Of a stretch of 64,000 bases of DNA, positions 12,126-26,237 are shown in pieces (the first letter of the stretch is position 1; each line of letters begins with the position of its first letter). The notes below the pieces were generated by a model. That model saw nothing but the letters and a program-made list of their open reading frames with translations. It ran no database searches and had not been told where the DNA came from. The stretch spans positions 43,648,001 to 43,712,000 of the forward strand of contig JBNRSN020000028.1 of assembly GCA_051313645.2 (NCBI GenBank), in the 5' to 3' direction. The DNA is from Centroscyllium fabricii (Eukaryota). Both the position numbers and the translations under genes were made by a program.

Positions 12126-15100
12126 TGTCACAGATGGCATTCCCCTTTAAGGAATCCATTTTGGAATTCTAGGTTTTGTTTCTCTGTTTTGATTCATTGT
12201 ATCTCAATTAACTGTTTCACATACCTGTGTGTTCCTGGTTCTCAATACCTGCAGCTTATTGGCTAGCACTAAATAATCTGGTTTGCCTGTTTGGCTTATA
12301 AGCTGGGTGCTTTGACCAGGCAGGTGCCGGATCATTAGATTTTACTTACTACTCATTACTACGAACTACTGGAAGGAGTGGTTGCTGTCTGAGCTTCTGG
12401 AGAGGCAATGGGTTTGGGCGTTCCCCTGCCTTGTAGATGATGTATTCTCTTCTGGAATCTCGATTAGAGTAAGTCTTAGCTGTGGAGCGGACTTCGGAGA
12501 ACTACGGTTGTCTACATTCTGGACATTGCACTTTACCTCCTGAACTCAGGATTGGACTTTCCATTAGTTAAGTAAGGGCGTTCCCCTGCTAAGTGGATCA
12601 TGGATTCTCGTTCTGTGAACTCCGTTGGGTTAAGTCCCCGCGGTGGAGCGGATTTTGAAGAGATCCTTGTTCTACTTCCTGGACATTGGTCGTGATCACC
12701 CGAACTGAGGTTTGGACGTTTCAGTAGGGTATGTGGGGAGTTTCCTTGTTTGTGAAGATGGATTCTCTCTCAGAAGACTCCGTTGGAGTGAGTTTCTGCT
12801 GTAGGGCGAACTCGGGAGTATTCCTAAATTCAACATCCTGGACATTGCTCGCACCCACCTGAACTCAGCGCTGGACATGTATTTCACAACACTATGATGC
12901 ACTTGGCTGCGTACCATTCCATGCACCAAGGGAAGTCTTGTACCAGTTGGGAAGAGAACTTCATAGAATCATAGAAATTTTACAGTGCGGATAAGGGCCA
13001 TTCGGCCCATCCAGTCCGCACCGGCCCAGAAAAACTCCTCACTGTACTAACCCCAATTGCCCGCACCTGGCCCATAACCCTGTATGTTATGGTCCTTCAT
13101 GTGCTGGTCCAAGTATTTTTTAAATGTTGTGATGGTTCCTGCCTCCACCACCCTCACAGGCAGGGAGTTCCAGACTTCCACCACCCTCTGGGTAAAGAAA
13201 TTTCTCCTTACCTCCCCCCTAAACCTCCCCCCCCTGATCTTGAATCTATGTCCCCTAGTACTTGACTCTCCCACTAGGGGAAACAATGCCCCTTTGTCTA
13301 CCCTATCGTGTCCCCTCATGATCTTGTACACCTCAATCATGTCACCCCTCCACCTTCTCTTCTCCAAGGCAAACAACCCCAGCCTGTCCAGCCTTTCTTC
13401 GTAGCATAAGTCCCCCAGACCAGGTATCATCCTGGTAAACCTTCTCTGCACCCTTTCCAGGGCAACCACATCCTTCCTGAAGTGCGGTGACCAGAACTGC
13501 ACACAGTACTCCAGCTGAGGTCTCACCAGTGTGTTATACAAGTTTAACATTACCTCCCTACTTTTGTATACTATGCCCTGGTTAATAAAGGCGAGAATTC
13601 CGTATGCCTTCTTAACCACCTTGTTAACGTGTCCAGCAACCTTCAGGGAGCTGTGCACCTGTACCACCAGGTCCCTCTGTTCCTCGGTCCTATTTAACGT
13701 TTTGTTGTTCATGGTATTTTCCCTTACCCCATTTGGTCTACCGAATTGAATGACCTCGCATTTCTCTGGGTTGAACTCCATTTGCCATTTTTCTGCCCAA
13801 TTAACCATTATATCTATATCCTCCTGAAGCCCCTTACTATCCTCATCGTTGTTTACCACCCTTCCGATTTTCGTATCATCAGCGAATTTGCTGATCATAC
13901 CCCCTACTCCCATATCCAAATCGTTGATGTATACTAGAAACAGTAAGGGTCCCAAAACCGATCCTTGGGGGACGCCACTGGTTACTGGTTTCCAGTCACA
14001 GAAGCAGCCCTCTACCATTACCCTTTGTCTCCTATCCCCCAGCCAATTTTCGATCCACTGTGCCAAGTTGCCCTGTATCCCGTGCGCTCTAACCTTTGTT
14101 ATTAGTCTCCTATGTGGGACTTTATCAAAAGCTTTGCTAAAGTCCATATACACTACGTCCACAGTACTCCTTTCATCCACCCTCTTTGTTACCTCCTCAA
14201 AGAATTCCAACAGATTGGTCAGGCACGACTTACCTTTGACGAAGCCATGCTGACTGTCTCTTATTAGACCTTGTTTGTCCAAATGCGAACTGATTTTGTC
14301 CCTCAGAATTTTTTCCATTACTTTCCCTACTACAGATGTAAGACTAATTGGCCTATCGTTACCCGGTTTGTCCCTACTACCCTTTTTAAACAGGGGTACT
14401 ACATTAGCCGTTCTCCAGTCCTCAGGAACATCCCCTGAAGCGAGAGAGGTCCTGAAGATTTGAGACAGGGGGCCCGCAAGCTCCTCCCTGGCCTCGAACA
14501 GCAGCCTGGGGAACATTGCGTCCGGCCCTGGTGATTTGTCCACCTTTAAGCCTCCCAAGATTTCTAGAACTTCTTCCCTTGAAAACTTGTTTTCTGTTAT
14601 GATGCGCTTGGTTGCGTATCATTCCACGCACTATGGAAAGTTTTGTACCAGTTCGGAAAAGAACTTGTTTTCTGTTTCTAACTTTGTATGCCATTATATT
14701 GTTTTAAACTTTTTGAATGTATGCATGTATGTTATTTCATTACTGTTTCGTATATAAAGGATTTAAGACCTAGACAGTTTTATCAGTGTCTTTGCATTTG
14801 GGCCCCACACCCCACCGTTACAGAATGATCCGGCCAACATGGGGGCCCAGCAGACACTGAAGCGTCTAGCGCTCCTCGGATTCTTTTATACCTGGAGGAC
14901 GGTTGGTCCCTCCTCTCCACCCCTCCACCCACATTCTTTCGGTATTTCGGTACTTGGGACGTCAGCAGTCGTCCTTTGAGGGGGGGGGGGGGTTCTGTCA
15001 CAGATGGCATTCCCCTTTAAGGAATCCATTTTGGAATTCTAGGTTTTGTATCTCTGTTTTGATTCATTGTATCTCAATTAACTGTTTCACATACCTGTGT

Positions 15101-16048
15101 GTTCCTGGTTCTCAATACCTGCAGCTTATTGGCTAGCACTAAATAATCTGGTTTGCCTGTTTGGCTTATAAGCTGGGTGCTTTGACCAGGCAGGTGCCGG
15201 ATCATTAGATTCTACTTACTACTCATTACTACGAACTACTGGAAGGAGTGGTTGCTGTCTGAGCTTCTGGAGAGGCAATGGGTTTGGGCGTTCCCCTGCC
15301 TTGTAGATGATGTATTCTCTTCTGGAATCTCGATTAGAGTAAGTCTTAGCTGTGGAGCGGACTTCGGAGAACTACGGTTGTCTACATTCTGGACATTGCA
15401 CTTTACCTCCTGAACTCAGGTTTGGACTTTCCATTAGTTAAGTAAGGGCGTTCCCCTGCTAAGTGGATCATGGATTCTCGTTCTGTGAAGCGGTGGAGCG
15501 GACTTTGAAGAGATCCTTGTTCTACTTCCAGGACATTGGTCGTGATCACCCGAACTGAGGTTTGGACGTTTCAGTAGGGTATGTGGGGAGTTTCCTTGTT
15601 TGTGAAGATGGATTCTCTCTCAGAAGACTCCGTTGGAGTGAGTTTCTGCTGTAGGGCGAACTCGGGAGTATTCCTAAATTCAACATCCTGGACATTGCTC
15701 GCACCCACCTGAACTCAGGGTTGGACATGTATTTCACAACACTATGATGCGCTTGGCTGCGTACCATTCCATGCACCAAGGGAAGTCTTGTACCAGTTCG
15801 GAAGAGAACTTGTTTTCTGTTATGATGCGCTTGGTTGCGTATCATTCCACGCACTATGGAAATTTTTGTACCAGTTCGGGAAAGAACTTGTTTTCTGTTT
15901 CTAACTTTGTATGCCATTTAATATTGTTTTGTAACTTTTTGAATGTATGCATGTATGTTTTTTCATTACTGTTTGGTATATAAAGGATTTAAGACCTAGA
16001 CAGTTTGATCAGTGTCTTTGCATTTGGGACCCACACCCCACCGTTACA
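12126..16048 (+). mobile_element. Non-autonomous LTR element, 2-LTR form with CR1 in first LTR (LTRs 12126-14822, 14996-16048)
   Basis: CAATT at 12121-12125 and 16049-16053, TG..CA ends, PBS and PPT as in unit 1. The second LTR has a ~20-bp deletion near 15489. Confidence 0.9.
12962..14583 (-). mobile_element. Young 5'-truncated CR1 LINE with uninterrupted RT-to-stop reading frame
   Basis: 503-aa ORF 13047-14558 has all RT motifs through the GYGPGAGNWG C-terminus. It has the same insertion site, truncation point and AACTT flanks as 4089-5709. Confidence 0.97.
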
Positions 16049-16796
16049 CAATTAAAGTTACTGATTATTATCCGTAAGCTTTGTCTCCTGTCGTGCAAAG
16101 GATTTCCTAACCAGGACAATAATTTGACTTCACTTCCACGAATTTCAACTTCAGTTAGATGTCACCTATGCGGGAGATTGTGAAATTTCATTTGCTCCAT
16201 GTCTACTAGCTAATAATGATTTGTGAACTGGGACTCATAATCCTCTTTGGTTCGGAACAGTGAATAGCTTCCAATTATTTAGAATATAATTCACTGTTTA
16301 AATTGTGTTTTAAATATGTGACTATAAAATTTAACTTTAACTTTAATGTATCTTAATATGTTCGAAAGTCGATGGGGCCGCACTTGCGCACAGTGAACTC
16401 GATTTGCCTTTGTTTTGCTGGCTTACTTCGTCTGTGTCTGTCTCTTTGGTTACCTACATTTCCCATTTGCCGTAATAACGGACCTTCAAACATATTGCGA
16501 TCCTCAAACTACGATCTACAGCCTTCAAGTGAATCATAAATACGGTGAAAAATTGAAGATCACATTCAATTATCTGGGGGACGGCATTTCTCACATCTGA
16601 CTCCGCTGCTAAGCAGCATGTCGTTTGTGGGAGGGAGGGTATTTCTGAAATGATGGCGGTTTCAGGCAATCAGTCTGCATTTGTGGAAGAAATGCGCTGT
16701 CGAAGCTGGACAATGGAAAATAAATTTGATGTTGCAGAAGGTGCAATGATGCACTGCAAACAAATAAAGGGCTTTTGTGAAATGTGATTAGCAAGA

Positions 16797-16869
16797 GCCT
16801 GGATAGCTCAGTCGGTAGAACATCAAACTTTTAATCTGAGGGCCCAGGGTTCAAGTCCCTGCTCGGGCG
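16797..16869 (+). tRNA. tRNA-Lys(UUU) class B variant, probable pseudogene
   Basis: Class B changes plus C4U. Confidence 0.85.
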
Positions 16870-18680
16870 CTGCTTTTAAATCACAAAACTGATCTCACAA
16901 TTCGCACACTGATCACAATAAAAAGAGAAAGCCGTTTAAACCCACGAGCCTTACTGGCACTCGATTCAATCTGCGAACCAGTTCCGTTTGCAACCCTTTG
17001 CTCCTGACCCAACATTTGGTCAACAAACACTGATTAATCTCAAGTTGACAATTGGCACAGCTTTAACTGCTGTTTTCAGAAGAGTGTTCAAATACTTGCC
17101 ACATTCACTTTCACTTCTCTCCGGAAGGTCTTGGATCTCATTTCGATTTTATATCGCTTACTCCTTGACGGTTTAATCATCAGGAATAGCTGCTCGATTT
17201 CGACAGTATCATTTCCACATAATAGCGTGAATACTTCAATCAAATCACCACATAAGCTTGTACATTCCCTGGAATATAACCCTAGTTTGAGCAATTTCCC
17301 ATTGGAAATTGTCCCTTTGTTTTGCTGGCTAACTTCGTCTGGGTCAATTTACAATGGGAGATTGCTCAAAATAGGGTTATACTCCATGGAATGTACAAGA
17401 TTACGTGGTGATTTGATTGTATCATTCTGTTAAATCTACGCTTCACGGTTTATTCCTAATACTACATTCCTCAGGTCAAATACCCAGAACTGTACAGAGT
17501 ACTGCAGGTGTGGTCTAATCCTGCTTTGTTTAGCTGTGGCATATATTCACCCTCTAATAATATAATGCTGCAGATAACGGTATCACCTTTCAGTTAGCAT
17601 TAGTGAATCATTTCTGTACCTGTCCATGACCATTTAATGATATATGTACATGGCCCTTAAGTCTATTTGGATCTCAGCTCTTTCCAGTTTAACAGTATAA
17701 CGACTGTATTCTAGTCGCCCCTTTTCGATCCGAAATGGATGATGTCACACTTGCCAATATCTAAATACATTTGTCAGAGAATTGCCCGAATCTTAATCTA
17801 TCATTATCTGGTCACATTTTTAAATTTCACCTAATCTGGTTTTAATGCCGCCTTGCCTTTTTTGTCATCGTCAAACTGGCATGTGTGCAGCTCAGCCGTA
17901 TCAGGTAATTCGGTTGTAAATTCGAGGAATATTTGAGGTCCCTAGCGAGATAACTCAGATATACCGCTTCTTATATCCTGCCAATTAATGTTTCTGATCA
18001 TTATCCGTAAGATTTGTCTCCTGTCGTGCAAACAATTTCCTAACCAGGACAATAATTTGACATCACTTCCACGAGCTTCCACTTCAGTAAGATGTCACTT
18101 CTGCGGGACATTATGAAATTTCATTTGCTTCATGTCTACTCGCTAATAATCATTTGTGAGCTGGGGTTCATAATCCTCTTTGGTTCCCAACAGTGATTAG
18201 CTTCCAATTATTTAGAAATTAATCCAAACTATCTAATTTGTTCCAAAGTGGATGGAACCAAACTTGCGCACAGTGAACTCGATTTCCCTTGGTTTTGCTG
18301 GCTTACTCCGTCTGTCTCTGTCTCTTTGGTTGCCACCATTTCCCAATTGCACCAATAACGGACCTTCAAACTTATTGCGTTCTTCAAACTACGATCTACA
18401 GAGTTCAGCTGCTCCATCCAAGTCAATCATACATACGGAGAAAAATTGAAGATCATGTTCAATTATCTGGGGGACGGCATTTGTCACAGCTGACTCCGCT
18501 GCTAAGCAACATTTCCTTTATGGGAGGGAGAATTTTTCTGAAGTGATGGCGGTTTCAGGCAGCCAGTCTGCATTTGTGGAAGAAAGGCGCTGTCGAGGCT
18601 GGATTATGGACAATAAATTTGATGTTGCAATGACGCACTGCAACCAGTAAAAGGGCTTTGGCGAACTTTGTTGAGCATTT

Positions 18681-18753
18681 GCCCGGATAGCTCAGTCGGT
18701 AGAACATCAGACTTTTAATCTGAGGGTCCAGGGTTCAAGACTCTGTTCGGGCG
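18681..18753 (+). tRNA. tRNA-Lys(UUU) class C variant
   Basis: Same sequence as 9825-9897. Confidence 0.88.
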
Positions 18754-18980
18754 CTGCTTTTAAATCACAATACTGATCTCACAATTCGTACACTGATCAC
18801 AATAAAAAGCGAAGGCCGTTAAAAACCACGAGCCTCACTGCCAATCGCTTCAATCTGTGAACCAGTTCCGATTGCAGCCCTTTGCTCCTGACCTTCGATT
18901 TGGTCAACAAACACTTATTAATCTCAAGTTGCCAATTGGCACAGCTTTAAGTGCTGCTTTGATAAGTGTGTTTCAAATAC

Positions 18981-19231
18981 ATAGAATCATAGAAAAATAG
19001 AAGATAGGAGCAGGAGTAGGCCAGTCGACCCTTCGAGTCTGCTCCGCCATTCAATGAGATCATGGCTGATCATCCAAACCCAGTACCATATCGTTGCCAT
19101 ATCCCCTGATCCCTATCGAACCTGCATCAACACATATCCCACCCTGTCCTCGTAACCCCACATATTCAATCCCCCTAACATTAAGGGTCAATTTATTATG
19201 GCAAATCAACCTAACGCGCACATCTTTGGAC
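18981..19231 (-). mobile_element. Truncated HE1/V-SINE-type SINE, unit 3
   Basis: Copy of 11-261. Confidence 0.85.
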
Positions 19232-19891
19232 TTGCCACATTAAATTCCACTTCTCTGCTGTAGTGTTTGGATCTAATGTTGATTCGATATCCCTTACACC
19301 TTTTGCGGGGCTTTATGAAATGTAATTTGCTCCATGTCTACTAGTTAATAATTATTTGTGAACTGGGACTCATAACCTTCTTTGGGTCTCTACAGTGTAT
19401 AGCTTCCAATTATTCTGAAAACAATCCAAACTATCTTAATTTGTTCCAAAGTGGATGGAGCCACACTTGCGCACAGTGAACTTGATTTGCCTTTGTTCTG
19501 CTGGCTTACTTCGTCTGTCTCTGTCGCTTTGGTTACCATCATATCCCATTTGCACCAATAACGGACCGTCAGACTTATTGCGATCTTCAAACTCTGATCT
19601 ACCGAGTTCTATTGCTCCATCAAAATCAATCATAAATACGGTGAAAAATAAAAGATCAAGTTAAATTATCTGGGGGACGGCATTTCTCACATCGGACTCC
19701 GCTGCTAAACAGCATGACATTTGTGGGAGAGAGAATATTTCTGAAGTGATGGCGGTTCAAGTAGTCAATCTGCAATTGTGGAAGAAATGCGCTGTAGAGG
19801 CTGGATTATGGACAGGAAATGTGAAATTGCAGAACGTGCAATGAGGCACTGCAAGCAATAAAAGGGCTTTTGTGAACCTGGTTTAGCAAGG

Positions 19892-19977
19892 GCCCGGATA
19901 GCTCAGTTGGTAGAGCATCAGACTTTTAATCTGAGGGTCCAGGGTTCGGGTCCAGGGTTCAAGTCCCTGTTCGGGCG
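19892..19977 (+). pseudogene. tRNA-Lys(UUU) class A with 13-bp internal tandem duplication
   Basis: GGGTCCAGGGTTC is duplicated in the variable/T-arm region. Also C17U. Confidence 0.85.
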
Positions 19978-20995
19978 CTGATTTTAAATCACAATACTGA
20001 CCTCACAGTTCGGACACAGGTCGCAATAACAAGAGTCGGCCGTTTGAACCCACGAGCCTTACTGCCACTCAATTCAATCTATGAACCAGTTCCGTTTGCA
20101 GCTATTTGCTCCTGACCCTACGTTTGGTTAACAAACACTTATTAATCGCAAGATGGCAATTGGCACAGCTTTAACTGCTGTTTTGAGAAGTGTGTTACAA
20201 ATACTTGCCACATTCACTTTCACTTCTCTCCTGAAGGTCTTGGATCTAATGTTGATTCGATGTCCCTTACTCCTTGACGGTTCAATCATCAGGAATACCT
20301 TCTCGCTATCGACAGTATCAGTTCCACATTATAGCGTGAACACTTCAATCAATTCACCACATAAGCTTGTACATTCCATGGAATATAAACCTATTTTGTG
20401 CAATCTCCCATTGTAAATTGCCCCTTTGGAATCTATGTTAAATCTACGCTTCAATTTTTATGCCTCATACTACTTTCTTCAGGTCAAATGCCCAGAACTG
20501 TACACAGTACGGCAGGTGTGGTCTAATCCGAGCTTTGTTTAGCTGTGGCATAAATTGTCCCTCTAATAATGTAATCCTGCAGATAACGGTATCACCTTTC
20601 AGTTTGCATCTGTGGATCATTTCTGTACCTGTCCATGACCACTTCATGATATATGTCCATGGCCCTTAAGTCTGTTTCGATCTCAGCTCTTTCCATCTTA
20701 ACAGTATAACGAGTGTATTCTAGACGCCCCTTTTAGGTCCGAAATGGATGAAGGCAAAATTGTCAATATTTTTAAGAAATCTGTCAAATAATTGACCAAA
20801 TCTTAAAATATGAATATCTGGTCAAATTTTTAACTTCCACCTAATCTGCTTTTAATGCCGCCTGTCATTTTTGTCATCGTCAAACTGGCATATGTGCCAC
20901 TCAGCCGTATCAAGTAATTCGGTAGTAAAATCGAGGAATATTTGAGGTCCCTAGCGAGATAACTCAGAGAAACCGCTTCTTCTATTCTGCCAATT

Positions 20996-23308
20996 TGTCA
21001 CAGATGGCATTCCCCTTTAAGGAATCCATTTTGGAATTCTAGGTTTTGTTTCTCTGTTTTGATTCATTGTATCTCAATTAACTGTTTCACATACCTGTGT
21101 GTTCCTGGTTCTCAATACCTGCAGCTTATTGGCTAGCACTAAATAATCTGGTTTGCCTGTTTGGCTTATAAGCTGGGTGCTTTGACCAGGCAGGTGCCGG
21201 ATCATTAGATTCTACTTACTACTCATTACTACGAAATACTGGAAGGAGTGGTTGCTGTCTGAGCTTCTGGAGAGGCAATGGGTTTGGGCGTTCCCCTGCC
21301 TTGTAGATGATGTATTCTCTTCTGGAATCTCGATTAGAGTAAGTCTTAGCTGTGGAGCGGACATCGGAGAACTACGGTTGTCTACATTCTGGACATTGCA
21401 CTTTACCTCCTGAACTCAGGATTGGACTTTCCATTAGTTAAGTAAGGGCGTTCCTCTGCTAAGTGGATCATAGATTCTCGTTCTGTGAACTCCGTTGGGT
21501 TAAGTCCCCGCGGTGGAGCGGACTTTGAAGAGATCCTTGTTCTACTTCCTGGACATTGGTCGTGATCACCCGAACTGAGGTTTGGACGTTTCAGTAGGGT
21601 ATGTGGGGAGTTTCCTTGTTTGTGAAGATGGATTCTCTCTCAGAAGACTCCGTTGGAGTGAGTTTCTGCTGTAGGGCGAACTCGGGAGTATTCCTAAATT
21701 CAACATCCTGGACATTGCTCGCACCCACCTGAACTCAGGGTTGGACAAGTATTTCACAACACTATGATGCGCTTGGCTGCGTACCATTCCATGCACCAAG
21801 GGAAGTCTTGTACCAGTTCGGAAGAGAACTTGTTTTCTGTTATGATGCGCTTGGTTGCGTATCATTCCACGCACTATGGAAAGTTTTGTACCAGTTCGGA
21901 AAAGAACTTGTTTTCTGTTTCTAACTTTGTATGCCATTTAATATTGTTTTATAACTTTTTGAATGTATGCATGTATGTTTTTTCATTACTGTTTGGTATA
22001 TAAAGGATTTAAGACCTAGACAGTTTTATCAGTGTCTTTGCATTTGGGCCCCACACCCCACCGTTACAGAATGATCCGTCCAACATGGGGGCCCAGCAGA
22101 CACTGAAGCGTCTAGCGCTCCTCGGATTCTTTTATACCTGGAGGACGGTTGGTCCCTCCTCCCCACCCCTCCACCCACCTTCTTTCGGTATTTCGGTACT
22201 TGGGACGTCAGCAGTCGTCCTTTGAGGGGGGGTTCTGTCACAGATGGCATTCCCCTATAAGGAATCCATTTTGGAATTCTAGGTTTTGTATCTCTGTTTT
22301 GATTCATTGTATCTCAATTAACTGTTTCACATACCCGTGTGTTCCTGGTTCTCAATACCTGCAGCTTATTGGCTAGCACTAAATAATCTGGTTTGCCTGT
22401 TTGGCTTATAAGCTGGGTGCTTTGACCAGGCAGGTGCCGGATCATTAGATTCTACTTACTACTCATTACTACGAACTACTGGAAGGAGTGGTTGCTGTCT
22501 GAGCTTCTGGAGAGGCAATGGGTTTGGGCGTTCCCCTGCCTTGTAGATGATGTATTCTCTTCTGGAATCTCGATTAGAGTAAGTCTTAGCTGTGGAGCAG
22601 ACTTCGGAGAACTACGGTTGTCTACATTCTGGACATTGCACTTTACCTCCTGAACTCAGGTTTGGACATTCCATTAGTTAAGTAAGGGCGTTCCCCTGCT
22701 AAGTGGATCATGAATTCTCGTTCTGTGAACTCCGTTGGGTTAAGTCCCCGCGGTGGAGCGGACTTTGAAGAGATCCTTGTTCTACTTCCAGGACATTGGT
22801 CGTGATCACCCGAACTGAGGTTTGGACGTTTCAGTAGGGTATGTGGGGAGTTTCCTTGTTTGTGAAGATGGATTCTCTCTCAGAAGACTCCGTTGGAGTG
22901 AGTTTCTGCTGTAGGGCGAACTCGGGAGTATTCCTAAATTCAACATCCTGGACATTGCTCGCACCCACCTGAACTCAGGGTTGGACATGTATTTCACAAC
23001 ACTATGATGCGCTTGGCTGCGTACCATTCCATGCACCAAGGGAAGTCTTGTACCAGTTCGGAAGAGAACTTGTTTTCTGTTATGATGCGCTTGGTTGCGT
23101 ATCATTCCACGCACTATGGAAATTTTTGTACCAGTTCGGGAAAGAACTTGTTTTCTGTTTCTAACTTTGTATGCCATTTAATATTGTTTTGTAACTTTTT
23201 GAATGTATGCATGTATGTTTTTTCATTACTGTTTGGTATATAAAGGATTTAAGACCTAGACAGTTTGATCAGTGTCTTTGCATTTGGGACCCACACCCCA
23301 CCGTTACA
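20996..23308 (+). mobile_element. Non-autonomous LTR element, 2-LTR form (LTRs 20996-22068, 22236-23308)
   Basis: CAATT TSD, TG..CA ends, G7 PPT. The PBS carries one substitution (GAATGATCCGTCCA). Confidence 0.9.
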
Positions 23309-24056
23309 CAATTAAAGTTACTGATTATAATCCATAAGCTTTGCCTCCTGTCGTGCAAAGGATTTCCTAACCAGGACAATAATTTGACTTCACTTCCACG
23401 AATTTCAACTTCAGTTAGATGTCACCTATGCGGGAGATTGTGAAATTTCATTTGCTCCATGTCTACTAGCTAATAATGATTTGTGAACTGGGACTCATAA
23501 TCCTCTTTGGTTCGGAACAGTGAATAGCTTCCAATTATTTAGAATATAATTCACTGTTTAAATTGTGTTTTAAATATGTGACTATAAAATTTAACTTTAA
23601 CTTTAATGTATCTTGATATGTTCGAAAGTCGATGGGGCCGCACTTGCGCACAGTGAACTCGATTTGCCTTTGTTTTGCTGGCTTACTTCGTCTGTGTCTG
23701 TCTCTTTGGTTACCTACATTTCCCATTTGCCGTAATAACGGACCTTCAAACATATTGCGATCCTCAAACTACGATCTACAGCCTTCAAGTCAATCATAAA
23801 TACGGTGAAAAATTGAAGATCACATTCAATTATCTGGGGGACGGCATTTCTCACATCTGACTCCGCTGCTAAGCAGCATGTCGTTTGTGGGAGGGAGGGT
23901 ATTTCTGAAATGATGGCGGTTTCAGGCAATCAGTCTGCATTTGTGGAAGAAATGCGCTGTCGAAGCTGGACAATGGAAAATAAATTTGATGTTGCAGAAG
24001 GTGCAATGATGCACTGCAAACAAATAAAGGGCTTTTGTGAAATGTGATTAGCAAGA

Positions 24057-24129
24057 GCCCGGATAGCTCAGTCGGTAGAACATCAAACTTTTAATCTGAG
24101 GGCCCAGGGTTCAGGTCCCTGCTCGGGCG
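24057..24129 (+). tRNA. tRNA-Lys(UUU) class B variant, probable pseudogene
   Basis: Class B changes plus A58G in the B box. Confidence 0.83.
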
Positions 24130-25937
24130 CTGCTTTTAAATCACAAAACTGATCTCACAATTCGCACACTGATCACAATAAAAAGAGAAAGCCGTTTAAA
24201 CCCACGAGCCTTACTGGCACTCGATTCAATCTGCGAACCAGTTCCGTTTGCAACCCTTTGCTCCTGACCCAACATTTGATCAAACACTGATTAATCTCAA
24301 GTTGACAATTGGCACAGCTTTAACTGCTGTTTTCAGAAGAGTGTTCAAATACTTGCCACATTCACTTTCACTTCTCTCCGGAAGGTCTTGGATCTCATTT
24401 CGATTTTATATCGCTTACTCCTTGACGGTTTAATCATCAGGAATAGCTGCTCGATTTCGACAGTATCATTTCCACATAATAGCGTGAATACTTCAATCAA
24501 ATCACCACATAAGCTTGTACATTCCCTGGAATATAACCCTAGTTTGAGCAATTTCCCATTGGAAATTGTCCCTTTGTTTTGCTGGCTAACTTCGTCTGGG
24601 TCAATTTACAATGGGAGATTACACAAAATAGGATTATACTCCATGGAATGTACAAGATTACGTGGTGATTTGATTGTACCATTCTGTTAAATCTACGCTT
24701 CACGGTTTATTCCTAATACTACATTCCTCAGGTCAAATACCCAGAACTGTACAGAGTACTGCAGGTGTGGTCTAATCCTGCTTTGTTTAGCTGTGGCATA
24801 TATTCACCTTCTAATAATGTAATCCTGCAGATAACGGTATCACCTTTCAGTTAGCATTAGTGAATCATTTCTGTACCTGTCCATGACCATTTAATGATAT
24901 ATGTACATGGCCCTTAAGTCTATTTGGATCTCAGCTCTTTCCAGTTTAACAGTATAACGACTGTATTCTAGTCGCCCCTTTTCGATCCGAAATGGATGAT
25001 GTCACACTTGCCAATATCTAAATACATTTGTCAGAGAATTGCCCGAATCTTAACCTATCATTATCTGGTCACATTTTTAAATTTCACCTAATCTGGTTTT
25101 AATGCCGCCTTGCCTTTTTTGTCATCGTCAAACTGGCATGTGTGCAGCTCAGCCGTATCAGGTAATTCGGTTGTAAATTCGAGGAATATTTGAGGTCCCT
25201 AGCGAGATAACTCAGATATACCGCTTCTTATATCCTGCCAATTAATGTTTCTGATCATTATCCGTAAGATTTGTCTCCTGTCGTGCAAACAATTTCCTAA
25301 CCAGGACAATAATTTGACATCACTTCCACGAGCTTCCACTTCAGTAAGATGTCACTTCTGCGGGACATTATGAAATTTCATTTGCTTCATGTCTACTCGC
25401 TAATAATCATTTGTGAGCTGGGGTTCATAATCCTCTTTGGTTCCCAACAGTGATTAGCTTCCAATTATTTAGAAATTAATCCAAACTATCTAATTTGTTC
25501 CAAAGTGGATGGAACCAAACTTGCGCACAGTGAACTCGATTTCCCTTGGTTTTGCTGGCTTACTCCGTCTGTCTCTGTCTCTTTGGTTGCCACCATTTCC
25601 CAATTGCACCAATAACGGACCTTCAAACTTATTGCGTTCTTCAAACTACGATCTACAGAGTTCAGCTGCTCCATCCAAGTCAATCATACATACGGAGAAA
25701 AATTGAAGATCATGTTCAATTATCTGGGGGACGGCATTTGTCACAGCTGACTCCGCTGCTAAGCAACATTTCCTTTATGGGAGGGAGAATTTTTCTGAAG
25801 TGATGGCGGTTTCAGGCAGCCAGTCTGCATTTGTGGAAGAAAGGCGCTGTCGAGGCTGGATTATGGACAATAAATTTGATGTTGCAATGACGCACTGCAA
25901 CCAGTAAAAGGGCTTTGGCGAACTTTGTTGAGCATTT

Positions 25938-26010
25938 GCCCGGATAGCTCAGTCGGTAGAACATCAGACTTTTAATCTGAGGGTCCAGGGTTCAAGACTC
26001 TGTTCGGGCG
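25938..26010 (+). tRNA. tRNA-Lys(UUU) class C variant
   Basis: Same sequence as 9825-9897. Confidence 0.88.
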
Positions 26011-26237
26011 CTGCTTTTAAATCACAATACTGATCTCACAATTCGTACACTGATCACAATAAAAAGCGAAGGCCGTTAAAAACCACGAGCCTCACTGCCA
26101 ATCGCTTCAATCTGTGAACCAGTTCCGATTGCAGCCCTTTGCCCCTGACCTTCGATTTGGTCAACAAACACTTATTAATCTCAAGTTGCCAATTGGCACA
26201 GCTTTAAGTGCTGCTTTGATAAGTGTGTTTCAAATAC

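Noticed and set aside
4335-14558. RT ORFs as domesticated genes or a retron/DGR-like RT-plus-repeat system
   Set aside because: They are plain 5'-truncated CR1 ORF2 pieces with no ATG start, promoter or endonuclease, and the context is eukaryotic.
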